A program made the translations under genes and the position numbers. Positions 15,721-24,796 of a stretch of DNA of 57,635 nt are shown here, piece after piece (position 1 is the stretch's first letter; every line of letters starts with the position of its first letter). The notes beneath the pieces were generated by a model that was not told the origin of the DNA, searched no databases, and saw nothing but the letters and a program-made list of their open reading frames with translations. Origin of the DNA: a virus (lineage: Duplodnaviria; Caudoviricetes); IMG/VR virus record IMGVR_UViG_3300017778_008252, positions 1-57,635 of that record; one strand, 5' to 3'.

Positions 15721-17270
15721 TGCCACAAGAAGAAAAAAGTATAATCCGGTCAATCATATCGCCAGCAATCGAACTTGACGACATGGTCTTTGATGATGCA
15801 TTCACAGGAACAAGTAAAAACTTACCAGAAAATCTTCAAGGTAAAAAAACAGGAAGACAAATGCATTTAGAAGCTGGTACAGATTATCCACAAGTAACTA
15901 TTAATTCATATACATTTAACCAGCAAGAAATGAATAAGTTACAAATAGATGCAACTGGGTTTTTGCCTAAGTTGTATTTAAAAATTGTTTTAACAAATAC
16001 TGCTACTTTTAAATCGCATGGTTTCCCAAAGGACGGTGACATTATTTCGATTTTTATTAGAGCAAAAAATGATGCATTTAAGCCAATTCGAAATGATTAT
16101 CTTGTAACAGCAGTTAATGGGGGCAAGGGCGGACGAGAAGGAACAGGCGGTTCTTTAGAAATATACGGTGACTTATTTATACCCAGAATGCTTGATGAGA
16201 ATAAAAAGGCGTTTACTGGAACTAGTTTTGACGCTTTGCAAAAAATATGCAAAGACTTAAATCTTGGTTTTGCAACAAATGAAACATTTACAGATGATGA
16301 GCAGCCATGGATTAATCCAAATGACACATATCAAAAATATATCCAAAAAATAGTTAACCATGCTTGGAAAGATGAATCCAGCTTTTTTTCTTGTTTTATT
16401 GATGTTTATTACCACTTAAATTTTATTAATGTTAATAATCAAATAGATAGCGATGGTTCGATTGATGCCGCGATTATTGACACTACCGTTAACAAAAATT
16501 TTCTAAGTGATTCCGACCAGGAAGAATCAACGCAAACACAATTTGCAAAGCTTCTTTCAGATATGGATAATTTTAAAGGAACAAATATGTATATTACAGG
16601 GTATAAAGTAGAAAATAATTCAGCAGATGTGGTAAAAGAGTGGGGATATAAAAGTTATGTTCAATTTTTTGACCAAGCATCTGGGCAGCCGTGGGAAATA
16701 TTTGTCGACCCTATTACAACGCCCGGTGCTGAAGAGAAAAAAATATTACTTAAAGGTCGGTCAACAATTAAAGGTCCCGACGGCCTGTCAAAGGAAAAAT
16801 GGTGGGAGTCACAAAACAAATATTTCTGGCGAGGAATTCAATATAGAGATGTCCATGACAAATATTTATATGCGGAAATTTGGAACGAGCGAAATGTCTC
16901 AGAATTAACTAAATTGTTTATTGAAGCGGATGTTGAACGTTGGAATCCAAATATATACCGAGGCGAAAGACTGCCAATAGTTTTGCACACACAGTCAGAT
17001 GTTTCAAAAAGAAAACTAGACTCAACACCCGATGACCAACAAAAACCTACGTCAGATACTACAGCCGCGATGGATCAATTTTACAGTGGATACTATATGG
17101 TTGACGGTATGATATTTACATATACTATGTCCCCTAAGTCTACTGACTATTCAGACAATCCAAAAAAAACAAAACCAGAACCTGGAATGACACAGACCTT
17201 TAAATTAACTAGAAGAGAATGGCCTGTTCCTGGTGGACCGCCAAATGAAACGCCAACGTTTGCAAATTAA
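15720..17270 (+). CDS. Putative baseplate hub protein (gp27-like)
   Basis: GTSFDALQKICKDLNL, FIDVYYHLNFINVN, FYSGYYMVDG...LTRREWP; position between gp53-like and gp5-like genes. Confidence 0.6.
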   Translation: MPQEEKSIIRSIISPAIELDDMVFDDAFTGTSKNLPENLQGKKTGRQMHLEAGTDYPQVTINSYTFNQQEMNKLQIDATGFLPKLYLKIVLTNTATFKSHGFPKDGDIISIFIRAKNDAFKPIRNDYLVTAVNGGKGGREGTGGSLEIYGDLFIPRMLDENKKAFTGTSFDALQKICKDLNLGFATNETFTDDEQPWINPNDTYQKYIQKIVNHAWKDESSFFSCFIDVYYHLNFINVNNQIDSDGSIDAAIIDTTVNKNFLSDSDQEESTQTQFAKLLSDMDNFKGTNMYITGYKVENNSADVVKEWGYKSYVQFFDQASGQPWEIFVDPITTPGAEEKKILLKGRSTIKGPDGLSKEKWWESQNKYFWRGIQYRDVHDKYLYAEIWNERNVSELTKLFIEADVERWNPNIYRGERLPIVLHTQSDVSKRKLDSTPDDQQKPTSDTTAAMDQFYSGYYMVDGMIFTYTMSPKSTDYSDNPKKTKPEPGMTQTFKLTRREWPVPGGPPNETPTFAN

Positions 17271-17287
17271 AAAATTAAAATCAATAA

Positions 17288-19696
17288 ATGAATAAAACTG
17301 ACTCGATAACGAAAAACTTCTTAAATGGAAACGGGCAATTCAACCCAAGTCCGTTTAAAAATCTTAATCTAGATATTGGCTTTTCAGAAGACGGTCGTCC
17401 TACTTTTGGCGCATCAGGCGGTGTAGATAAATGGATTGCGAATGAAGACCCAACATATCTGGGATTTTGGGTATATTTACAACCAGAGTTAGCAGTATCG
17501 GCCGCAAATGATAACTATAATCGAGATTATTTACCGCAAGGCTTATTGATTCCCGATAATATCAGTACAAGTGAACAAGCTCAACAACAGCAAGCAGATT
17601 CAATTGTTGGGTACTTAAGAAGAAGAAACGAGTATTATCGAGCAAAAATGATGGAAGAGTTCCAAAACGGATTTATTAAAATTTTCAAAAAAGCGCCGTG
17701 GATGATTCAAAAGATATCTGGTGTTGATGCTTTATGGAAAATTAATCCAGCAAATAATTTTAGAGGAAAGGATGTAGTTATCACATTTGAGTGCTTAGAG
17801 TCTATTGATTTAAAAATGACATATCTTTTAGATTTATATCGAAAATCTGTTTGGGATGCAACATATCACCGTTGGGCTGTTCCGGATTGCCAACGATATT
17901 TTATGATGGATATAGTAATTGCTGAAATTCGAACTATGCAGCGCCCTGGTCTTCTTGGACCATTTAGCTTAGGAACGTTTCATACTTTTAAATGTGAATA
18001 CTGCGAAATTGACCCATTCTCTGAAGAACCCGGATATCTTGCGACTGTGAACAGATACACTGAAGGAACGCCGGCTTCTGTGAAATTTAAAGTAAAAGTT
18101 GGAGCGGTTAGAGAAGTTAACAAATATGGGTTACTCGGTGCATATCTGCAAGATACAAAATATGCCTTCGAGCGAGGAAAATCATTTAGAGATAGTTCAT
18201 TCGAAGGCGGGGATGGAACTAAAGTTCTACAAAGTTTTCAAGACTATTTCACGGCACTCGGTGGAGCGCAATATCTAGTCAATGCGGCCGAGAATATTGC
18301 AAAAAATGTTAAAAACAAAATATTACTGGGTAATGTTTATGGGTTTTCACTCAGTAATGCAATCAATGCTTTGCAAAGTGCTATTAATAATCCCGAAGCT
18401 GCAGCAAGAAATCTTTTTTCAAACGCCGGGGTTGCTAGCCCAATTGCTGACGCCCTTTCATCTAATATTCAATTAACAGGTCCAGAGATCGAATTAGTAC
18501 AAGACACAATCGGTTCAATTGAGATTTTAGCAAATGCAGTTGCCGGAACGGATTTGGAAAACCAATCAATTGAGACCATTGTTAATACTATCACATCGAG
18601 TCGCCTTCAGGGCACAGCATTAGGAAGTGCTAATTTAACAAGTGCCCAATCTGCAGTATCAACTGTAGACTCGGTTACTTTAGACTCACCCAGCAAAAAT
18701 ATAATAATTGACCCGGTACGTTTAGCATTAGATAATAATGGTGGTTCTTTAATCGGAAGTCCGGGAAAAGTTGTATTTGTTGCACCCAATGTAAATACTG
18801 GATTGCCCGCAAGTGTTCAATTAGACAGTACATCAGAATCTGGGTTACAATCACCTAAAGTTGAATTAACAAGTCCAAGACCGTCTGAAAATCAATTAGG
18901 CCAAGCTGAATTAACAGCGCCATCCATTACAAACACGCCAGGCGGAAATGTCGAATTAGAAAGCCCGGAAACTAATAATAACGCAGGTGGATCCGTTGAA
19001 CTCGAATCTCCACCTGCTACACAGGCAACTGAAACCAAAGTTGAATTATTGAGTTTCCCAATCGTTAATAGTTCTGAAACTTCTGTTGAGTTAACAGGTG
19101 CGAACCCTTCCGGGTCTGCTGGTGGAATTGTTGAATTAGAAAGTAATTTTGAAATTTCAAAAATCCAGAGTTCTGTAGAATTAGCCGGGCCACAAATAAA
19201 TAATGCGATAGACTCTAATGTTAATTTAGAAGGTCCCGAAATTGCATCAAGTGGATTGCCAAGTATTGAATTTGAAGAACTGCCTAAAGGAGTAGCAAAT
19301 GCCTCAAAGGTTGAATTTACCGAACCAGAGAAAGGAACGTTTTCCGGCGGGAATATAGGTCTAGTTGCACCGGAAACGACACCAGCAAAACTAACACAAG
19401 TCGACTTGATTGCACCTACGGTAGGTAATTTAACGGCGTCTAAAGTCGACTTAGAAAGCCCAACGATAAATACTAATATTGAAGGAAACATTAACTTAAG
19501 TGGTCCGTCAACGAGTATTAGTTCAGGCGACTTAAATAATGTAGCATTCGATGATAATTATACACCAAGTAAAATAAGTGGAAATGTCGGTTTAGTTGAA
19601 CCAACAAACGATGGTATTTTACAAAGGGACGTGGATTTAACAGGTCCCGATGTTAATTTAGTAGAAAAAATACTGGGAAAAACTAATTTAGAATAA
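17288..19696 (+). CDS. Tail-tube-fold-like structural protein with C-terminal 15-aa tandem repeats
   Basis: N-terminal ITFECLESIDLKMTYLLDLYRKSVWD; C-terminal ~23-24 xxVELxxP repeats. Confidence 0.6.
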   Translation: MNKTDSITKNFLNGNGQFNPSPFKNLNLDIGFSEDGRPTFGASGGVDKWIANEDPTYLGFWVYLQPELAVSAANDNYNRDYLPQGLLIPDNISTSEQAQQQQADSIVGYLRRRNEYYRAKMMEEFQNGFIKIFKKAPWMIQKISGVDALWKINPANNFRGKDVVITFECLESIDLKMTYLLDLYRKSVWDATYHRWAVPDCQRYFMMDIVIAEIRTMQRPGLLGPFSLGTFHTFKCEYCEIDPFSEEPGYLATVNRYTEGTPASVKFKVKVGAVREVNKYGLLGAYLQDTKYAFERGKSFRDSSFEGGDGTKVLQSFQDYFTALGGAQYLVNAAENIAKNVKNKILLGNVYGFSLSNAINALQSAINNPEAAARNLFSNAGVASPIADALSSNIQLTGPEIELVQDTIGSIEILANAVAGTDLENQSIETIVNTITSSRLQGTALGSANLTSAQSAVSTVDSVTLDSPSKNIIIDPVRLALDNNGGSLIGSPGKVVFVAPNVNTGLPASVQLDSTSESGLQSPKVELTSPRPSENQLGQAELTAPSITNTPGGNVELESPETNNNAGGSVELESPPATQATETKVELLSFPIVNSSETSVELTGANPSGSAGGIVELESNFEISKIQSSVELAGPQINNAIDSNVNLEGPEIASSGLPSIEFEELPKGVANASKVEFTEPEKGTFSGGNIGLVAPETTPAKLTQVDLIAPTVGNLTASKVDLESPTINTNIEGNINLSGPSTSISSGDLNNVAFDDNYTPSKISGNVGLVEPTNDGILQRDVDLTGPDVNLVEKILGKTNLE
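18623..19693 (+). repeat. Degenerate 45-nt (15-aa) coding tandem repeat, ~23-24 units
   Basis: GNVELESPETNNNAG/GSVELESPPATQATE/TKVELLSFPIVNSSE/TSVELTGANPSGSAG... with strict 15-aa period over most units. Confidence 0.85.
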
Positions 19697-19697
19697 A

Positions 19698-20453
19698 ATG
19701 GCAGGTTTAACCAAAGATGATTTAGTAAGTAAAATATTTATTGGAGAAGTCGTTGACAACAACGACCCGGAACAGGAAGGTCGCTGCAAGATTAAAGTTT
19801 TTGGACTTTTTGATGGCGATAGCATACCCTCGGAATCAATACCTTGGGCTCAACCTTTTGGCCGAAAGATGTTTGCAGGTGGCAGCAACGGCGGATATGC
19901 AGATATCAGTGTTCCAAAAATTGGAACATATCTTCGAGTTCAATTTGCTGAAGGCGATTTAATGGCCCCGGAATATACAGCAATTCAATCTGTTAACCCA
20001 GAAGTCAAAGCTGAAATCGGTGATACATATATTAACTCACACGTTTTGGCATATGATGTTGATGAGGAAATGAAGATTTTTTATACACCCGGAAAGGGAT
20101 TAAATATCTTTCATAAGGATTCGCAAATAATTATTAACCCGGATTCAAGTATTACAATCGAGCATGCTGCTACTGATAGTATTATTGAATTAATTGGCCC
20201 ACAAATTAATATTGTTGCTCGTGAAAAAGTAACCGTGACTGCACCGAATGTAACTATTGACCATACAAGTACAATTGAACTAGGTGAAGGAGCTGCAGAA
20301 AAACTAGTTTTGGGCGATACATTTTTAACATTGTTTAATTCACATACACATATTGGAAATTTAGGGGCACCGACAACCCCGCCGACGGTTCCAATGCAAC
20401 CACAAACACATTTAAGCGGCCGCGGCGGTTCACCCGTGGTCAAAACACTTTAA
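19698..20453 (+). CDS. Baseplate central spike, T4 gp5/VgrG-like (OB fold, no lysozyme domain)
   Basis: FIGEVVDNNDPEQEGRCKIKVFG, IPWAQP, SVPKIGTYLRVQF; C-terminal FNSHTH metal-binding tip motif. Confidence 0.9.
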   Translation: MAGLTKDDLVSKIFIGEVVDNNDPEQEGRCKIKVFGLFDGDSIPSESIPWAQPFGRKMFAGGSNGGYADISVPKIGTYLRVQFAEGDLMAPEYTAIQSVNPEVKAEIGDTYINSHVLAYDVDEEMKIFYTPGKGLNIFHKDSQIIINPDSSITIEHAATDSIIELIGPQINIVAREKVTVTAPNVTIDHTSTIELGEGAAEKLVLGDTFLTLFNSHTHIGNLGAPTTPPTVPMQPQTHLSGRGGSPVVKTL

Positions 20454-20465
20454 AAAATAAAAAAT

Positions 20466-20942
20466 ATGCCATTAGTAAAAGACATACTCAAAACAAGTAT
20501 TGAGACAAATTTAAAAAATAAATTATTACTTGATCCAAAGGTTAAAGAATCATTACGTAAAAAATTAGACGGGAGTTTATTAAACGGCATCAAAACTGGA
20601 AACAGCACTTTACACGATGCTTACGAATCAATAAAAATAAAATCGGAACAAATTTTAGGTTTTGAATATGACCCAAGTGGTTTAGTTGCTCAAAATGCAG
20701 AGGAAATTATTCGTAAAGTTACGTCAAATGAAATGGCGAATGCGCTGTCCGAAGCAATCGTTGATTGGATGGCAGAACAAATTGTGCCAGCAATTGCAGT
20801 ATCCGTCGCTAATAATGTTGATACTTTTGTACGTTCAGCAACTATTATAACCCCTGCCGGGCAATTAACTGCGGGTGTAAGTCCAGCTGGCCCAACAACA
20901 GGTGCAACAACCACGCCATCGGCGCCAGCGTTAATCAGTTAA
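20466..20942 (+). CDS. Hypothetical baseplate-associated protein
   Basis: Immediately after the spike gene; LSEAIVDW...VDTFVRSATI and a G/T/P-rich tail. Confidence 0.7.
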   Translation: MPLVKDILKTSIETNLKNKLLLDPKVKESLRKKLDGSLLNGIKTGNSTLHDAYESIKIKSEQILGFEYDPSGLVAQNAEEIIRKVTSNEMANALSEAIVDWMAEQIVPAIAVSVANNVDTFVRSATIITPAGQLTAGVSPAGPTTGATTTPSAPALIS

Positions 20943-20998
20943 TTTAAATTGATATATAACTAGATAATTACATTTTAAAACATTTAAAAAAACAAACA

Positions 20999-22213
20999 AT
21001 GAATTTGAGTCAAAATCAAATAGACGATTTTAATTGGGCTCTTTTGGACGCGGACACAGCGAAAAGAAAAAAAATCCCGAATGCAGAAATTTTATCCAAA
21101 TATAATGATTTGGTGTATAACCATTCAGATTATGCAATTTCTTATTATGAAGAACTATTAAAAATAGAAATGCCAGACGGTGAACCTGTTGTTGGCTCTG
21201 CTTTTCAAATTTCTGATATTGTTCATACAAGAGGCAGTGAAATTAATTTTAGTATTAGAGGCGGGTTTGAATGTATTGCTGATATGGCAAGTGAACGTGG
21301 GTTTATTGACAGTATTGGATTTAAACATTATGAAGAATTTATTCAATTCCTCGATACACCCGAAGGTCGTGAAGAATTTTTAGCAAATGGTTATTATTTA
21401 GTAATCGAACAAGTAAAACCTTATTTAAAAGGTTCAATTACAAAAGGTCAGATTCTAAAAACAAAAGACGAATTTTACGAGCAAATATTCAATCCAACTT
21501 CTGCGTATTTTGGAACAATTTTGGAAAAGAATCAGGGTGGATTCTTTGTTAATGTACAAGGCGTAATTGGATTCTTGCCGGGTTCTCTTGCTGCCGCGAA
21601 TATTGTAAGAAATTTTGATGAGATGATTGGAAAAACAATTCCACTTATGGTTGAGGACTATTTGGAAGGAAGTGACACTTTTGTTTTCTCGTATAAAAAA
21701 TATGTTAAAACAGTATTGCCACAAAAAACAAATGAACTTGGCGTTGGAAATCAATATACTGGAACTGTGACAGGGGCAACTAAATTTGGCGTCTTTATCG
21801 AATTTGACGAGATATTTACTGGTTTGTTACACACATCAAAAATGTCAGAAAGTGACTTAGAAAGATTTAGTAATCGTGGATATAAATCCGGAGACTCTAT
21901 TACGTTTTGGATTCAGGAAATTTCTTATGACAAGAAAATAATCCTAACAAGTATTGACCCGGCGTTACAAAGAAAAGAGTTGGAAGACTACCGCAAATCT
22001 CGCTTGGATGAAGTTATCAATGGAGAGATTATCAATGTCAAACCTTTTGGGATTACAGTCAGACTTAATGATAATATGATTGGTATTATTCCAGGTAAAG
22101 AACTTAAAGCAAAAAAACAAGGCAAATTTAATGTTGGCGAAAGTGTTGAAGTTAAAATTGGCTATGTTACCAATAACAATCGTTTGCATTTGAAATTTGC
22201 AGATAGCAAGTAG
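20999..22213 (+). CDS. Ribosomal protein S1-like protein (about three S1 domains)
   Basis: GTILEKNQGGFFVNVQGVIGFLPGS; GTVTGATKFGVFIEF...GLLHTSKM; GEIINVKPFGITVRL...GIIP; GATATATA at 20951. Confidence 0.85.
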   Translation: MNLSQNQIDDFNWALLDADTAKRKKIPNAEILSKYNDLVYNHSDYAISYYEELLKIEMPDGEPVVGSAFQISDIVHTRGSEINFSIRGGFECIADMASERGFIDSIGFKHYEEFIQFLDTPEGREEFLANGYYLVIEQVKPYLKGSITKGQILKTKDEFYEQIFNPTSAYFGTILEKNQGGFFVNVQGVIGFLPGSLAAANIVRNFDEMIGKTIPLMVEDYLEGSDTFVFSYKKYVKTVLPQKTNELGVGNQYTGTVTGATKFGVFIEFDEIFTGLLHTSKMSESDLERFSNRGYKSGDSITFWIQEISYDKKIILTSIDPALQRKELEDYRKSRLDEVINGEIINVKPFGITVRLNDNMIGIIPGKELKAKKQGKFNVGESVEVKIGYVTNNNRLHLKFADSK

Positions 22214-22230
22214 AAAAATAAATTTATTCA

Positions 22231-23649
22231 ATGCGTATTAAGAAAAACTATTCCCGAGAGGAAATATTCGATGCTGCCCGAATTGGGGTTGAATTTGAAT
22301 TCTTTTCAGATATAGATAATGGTGTGGATATTGCCAGAAGTATCGGAAAAACTGTCGGAAAGCGAGTAGTTGTTCCCATGTCCATTAAGGGACTGGACGA
22401 TGAAAAATTAACTTATCACTCAGCAGTTAAACCATCAGATTCAGTATTTAAATTAGAACTGGATTATTCGGGTGGTAAAAAAATGCGAGAATTGGTAACG
22501 GGCCCAATGGGATATAAAGAAAGTAGAAATGTTATTATCAAAATGTTAGAATGGATATCAAACAACGGTTATACCAATAACCGTTGTGCCATTCACTTAA
22601 ATATTAACATTGACGGAAAGCAATTGCCAACTAGGCATTTAGTTTCTTCATTGCCAATAACAAAATTTATTCTTTCCTTTGACGAGAATAAAGTTTATGA
22701 CCTCTTTCCAGATCGCAAAGATAATGTTTATGCCCGAAGCATCAAACAGATTGGGTTTAACGATATTCTTTTTTATACACCTAATCTATCTAGTTATGGA
22801 AACTCAGTTCTTAATCTCCCAACTGAAGAAAAATATTATGGTGTTAATTTTACAAAACTTCACAGGGGCTATTTAGAATACCGATACCTGGGCGGAGAAA
22901 GTTATGAAAAGAAAACGAAAAAAATTCTAGAAATATTAGAGTACTTTGTTTTGCATTTATACGAAACTTTAAATTCTGATAGTCTCACGGGTTCTGAGGT
23001 TGCTGAATTTAAAAAATTAACTGATATATCAAATCGAAACTATCGAGGTTTTGTCAAGTACGAAGTTTTCAAATCTATTTTTCCGGACATTAAAGTTTCT
23101 TACGACCTGAAAAATGACCCAGAATTAATTGAATCAGTTTGGGGTAACATCCGAGATACAATTTACAAGCTAATTACAACTGGGAAGCTGAAAAAAGGAA
23201 GTTACAACTATGATTCCGAATTAGCTAGGCATCAAATCCAATCAGCAAAGCTATCTAATTGCAAAATTGAAAATGTTGAGTTTATTGAATGCGAATTAGA
23301 AGGTGTAATTAACCATTCTTGGTTTTACAGCTGCAAACTTAAAAATTCAAGAATCCAAAATTGCGAGCTTTTAAAAAATAATAAAGTTAAAAGTTCAAAA
23401 ATAACAGAATGCATTTTACACGCCAGCAATAATCTTGATGACTGTTACATTGAAAATAAAAATATGATTATTAACTGTGAGGTTATTGGTGGAGTTATTC
23501 GAAATGGCGAAATTGGAAAGCTCGCAAGAATATCAGACGAGACGGTGCTAGTAAGTAAAAATACCAAAGTAAAAGATCCTAATATCGAAGATGCAAGTTC
23601 TGATAAAAAAGATAAGGATAAAGATAAAAAGGATAAAGATAAAAAATAA
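22231..23649 (+). CDS. Putative amidoligase (COOH-NH2 ligase-like) with C-terminal beta-helix-like region
   Basis: IGVEFEF, ELVTGPM, CAIHLNI, KYYGVNF, LEYRYLGG motifs; repetitive C.I.NS.I C-terminus. Confidence 0.7.
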   Translation: MRIKKNYSREEIFDAARIGVEFEFFSDIDNGVDIARSIGKTVGKRVVVPMSIKGLDDEKLTYHSAVKPSDSVFKLELDYSGGKKMRELVTGPMGYKESRNVIIKMLEWISNNGYTNNRCAIHLNINIDGKQLPTRHLVSSLPITKFILSFDENKVYDLFPDRKDNVYARSIKQIGFNDILFYTPNLSSYGNSVLNLPTEEKYYGVNFTKLHRGYLEYRYLGGESYEKKTKKILEILEYFVLHLYETLNSDSLTGSEVAEFKKLTDISNRNYRGFVKYEVFKSIFPDIKVSYDLKNDPELIESVWGNIRDTIYKLITTGKLKKGSYNYDSELARHQIQSAKLSNCKIENVEFIECELEGVINHSWFYSCKLKNSRIQNCELLKNNKVKSSKITECILHASNNLDDCYIENKNMIINCEVIGGVIRNGEIGKLARISDETVLVSKNTKVKDPNIEDASSDKKDKDKDKKDKDKK

Positions 23650-23661
23650 CCACTATGTAGG

Positions 23662-24393
23662 ATGACAAGAAGCGAATTAATCCAAATGGTAAACGATGAA
23701 ATCACCGGAAGCGGTGCTTTACCGTATTCTGTCCCAGCACAGGAAATTGAAAGGATCATTAACCAATCACTAAATTGGTTTTATATCAACTATCAATATT
23801 CTGTTGAGACACAATATTATGTAATTGAAAAGAAATGGTTTTCAGACCCTGAGTTCAAAAGAACCAGAAGTATTTTATTGCCTGATTGTGTGGTGAGTGT
23901 TTTTGAATGTAAAGAAATAACAGGAGGCGGTCGTCTTGGTACAATCGACCGAGACTTTTCAGATAACCGTTTGTTAGCAGCTGAAATCTATTTAGCGCCA
24001 TTTGCATCTGATGACTTAGTTCTTCGTACAGCACAGTATTCGTATTGGGACTTGACTAAAGCATTTATTCTTGACAGAGTTCGCTACGACTTTAATACAA
24101 ATACACACCGTTTGAAAATTCAAGGACGAGACCCAAAAAGAAATCTTTTTATTCAAACTTATGTAAAAATTGAAGAAAATAAATTGTATGATGACTGGAA
24201 TTTTCAAAGATGGGTAACAGCAAATGCTAAAATGTCATTGGGTAGAATTCTTGGATTTTTCACATTTAATCTTCCCGGTGGTATTGCTGTTGATGGCAGT
24301 AAAATGTCGGATGAAGGAAAGGAAGAAATTGAAATGTTAAAAACTAAAATTGATGAAGAAAATGTACCGGATTGGTTTATGATCTATCACTAA
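23662..24393 (+). CDS. Neck protein / head-tail adaptor, T4 gp13-like
   Basis: WNFQRWVTANAKMSLGRIL..F..NLPGGIAVDG..M..EGKEEIE motif. Confidence 0.8.
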   Translation: MTRSELIQMVNDEITGSGALPYSVPAQEIERIINQSLNWFYINYQYSVETQYYVIEKKWFSDPEFKRTRSILLPDCVVSVFECKEITGGGRLGTIDRDFSDNRLLAAEIYLAPFASDDLVLRTAQYSYWDLTKAFILDRVRYDFNTNTHRLKIQGRDPKRNLFIQTYVKIEENKLYDDWNFQRWVTANAKMSLGRILGFFTFNLPGGIAVDGSKMSDEGKEEIEMLKTKIDEENVPDWFMIYH

Positions 24394-24418
24394 TTTTTAG
24401 ATAAAAATATTAAAACAA

Positions 24419-24781
24419 GTGCTTAAAGAAATATATTGTCGAAATTCTCAAGATCCTAATTATGTATATGCTCAGTTAGAAACAGCATCAAGTCTAGAAG
24501 CAATACTAACAAAAATTAGGATGATTATTTTTACTACGGCCGGTGATGTATTAGGCGAGCCTCGGCTTGGATTAGACTTAGAAAGAAGATTATTTGAATT
24601 GAATTTTAATAATAAAGATCTCGAGACTGCTTTTAACGCACAAGTTTCTCGATATATCCCAGAAGCTTCTACATATAGTGTACGAATGCAAGTAACTTTT
24701 GTTCCTGGTTCGGTAAGAGATTTAGCCTACTTGGATATATACTTAAATGATATTAGACAACTTGGTGTAGTTGTTCGTTAA
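24419..24781 (+). CDS. Baseplate wedge subunit, T4 gp25-like
   Basis: IRMIIFTTAGDVLGEPRLGLDLERRLFE...RYIPE. Confidence 0.8.
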   Translation: MLKEIYCRNSQDPNYVYAQLETASSLEAILTKIRMIIFTTAGDVLGEPRLGLDLERRLFELNFNNKDLETAFNAQVSRYIPEASTYSVRMQVTFVPGSVRDLAYLDIYLNDIRQLGVVVR

Positions 24782-24796
24782 AAAAATCACAATTCA

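Noticed and set aside
18892-19491. 199-aa minus-strand ORF, and other short antisense or alternate-frame ORFs in the track
   Set aside because: Shadows of real plus-strand genes, with no independent start context or motifs
23598-23646. DKKDKDKDKKDKDKK repeat at the amidoligase C-terminus
   Set aside because: Short low-complexity charged tail with no evidence of a distinct function
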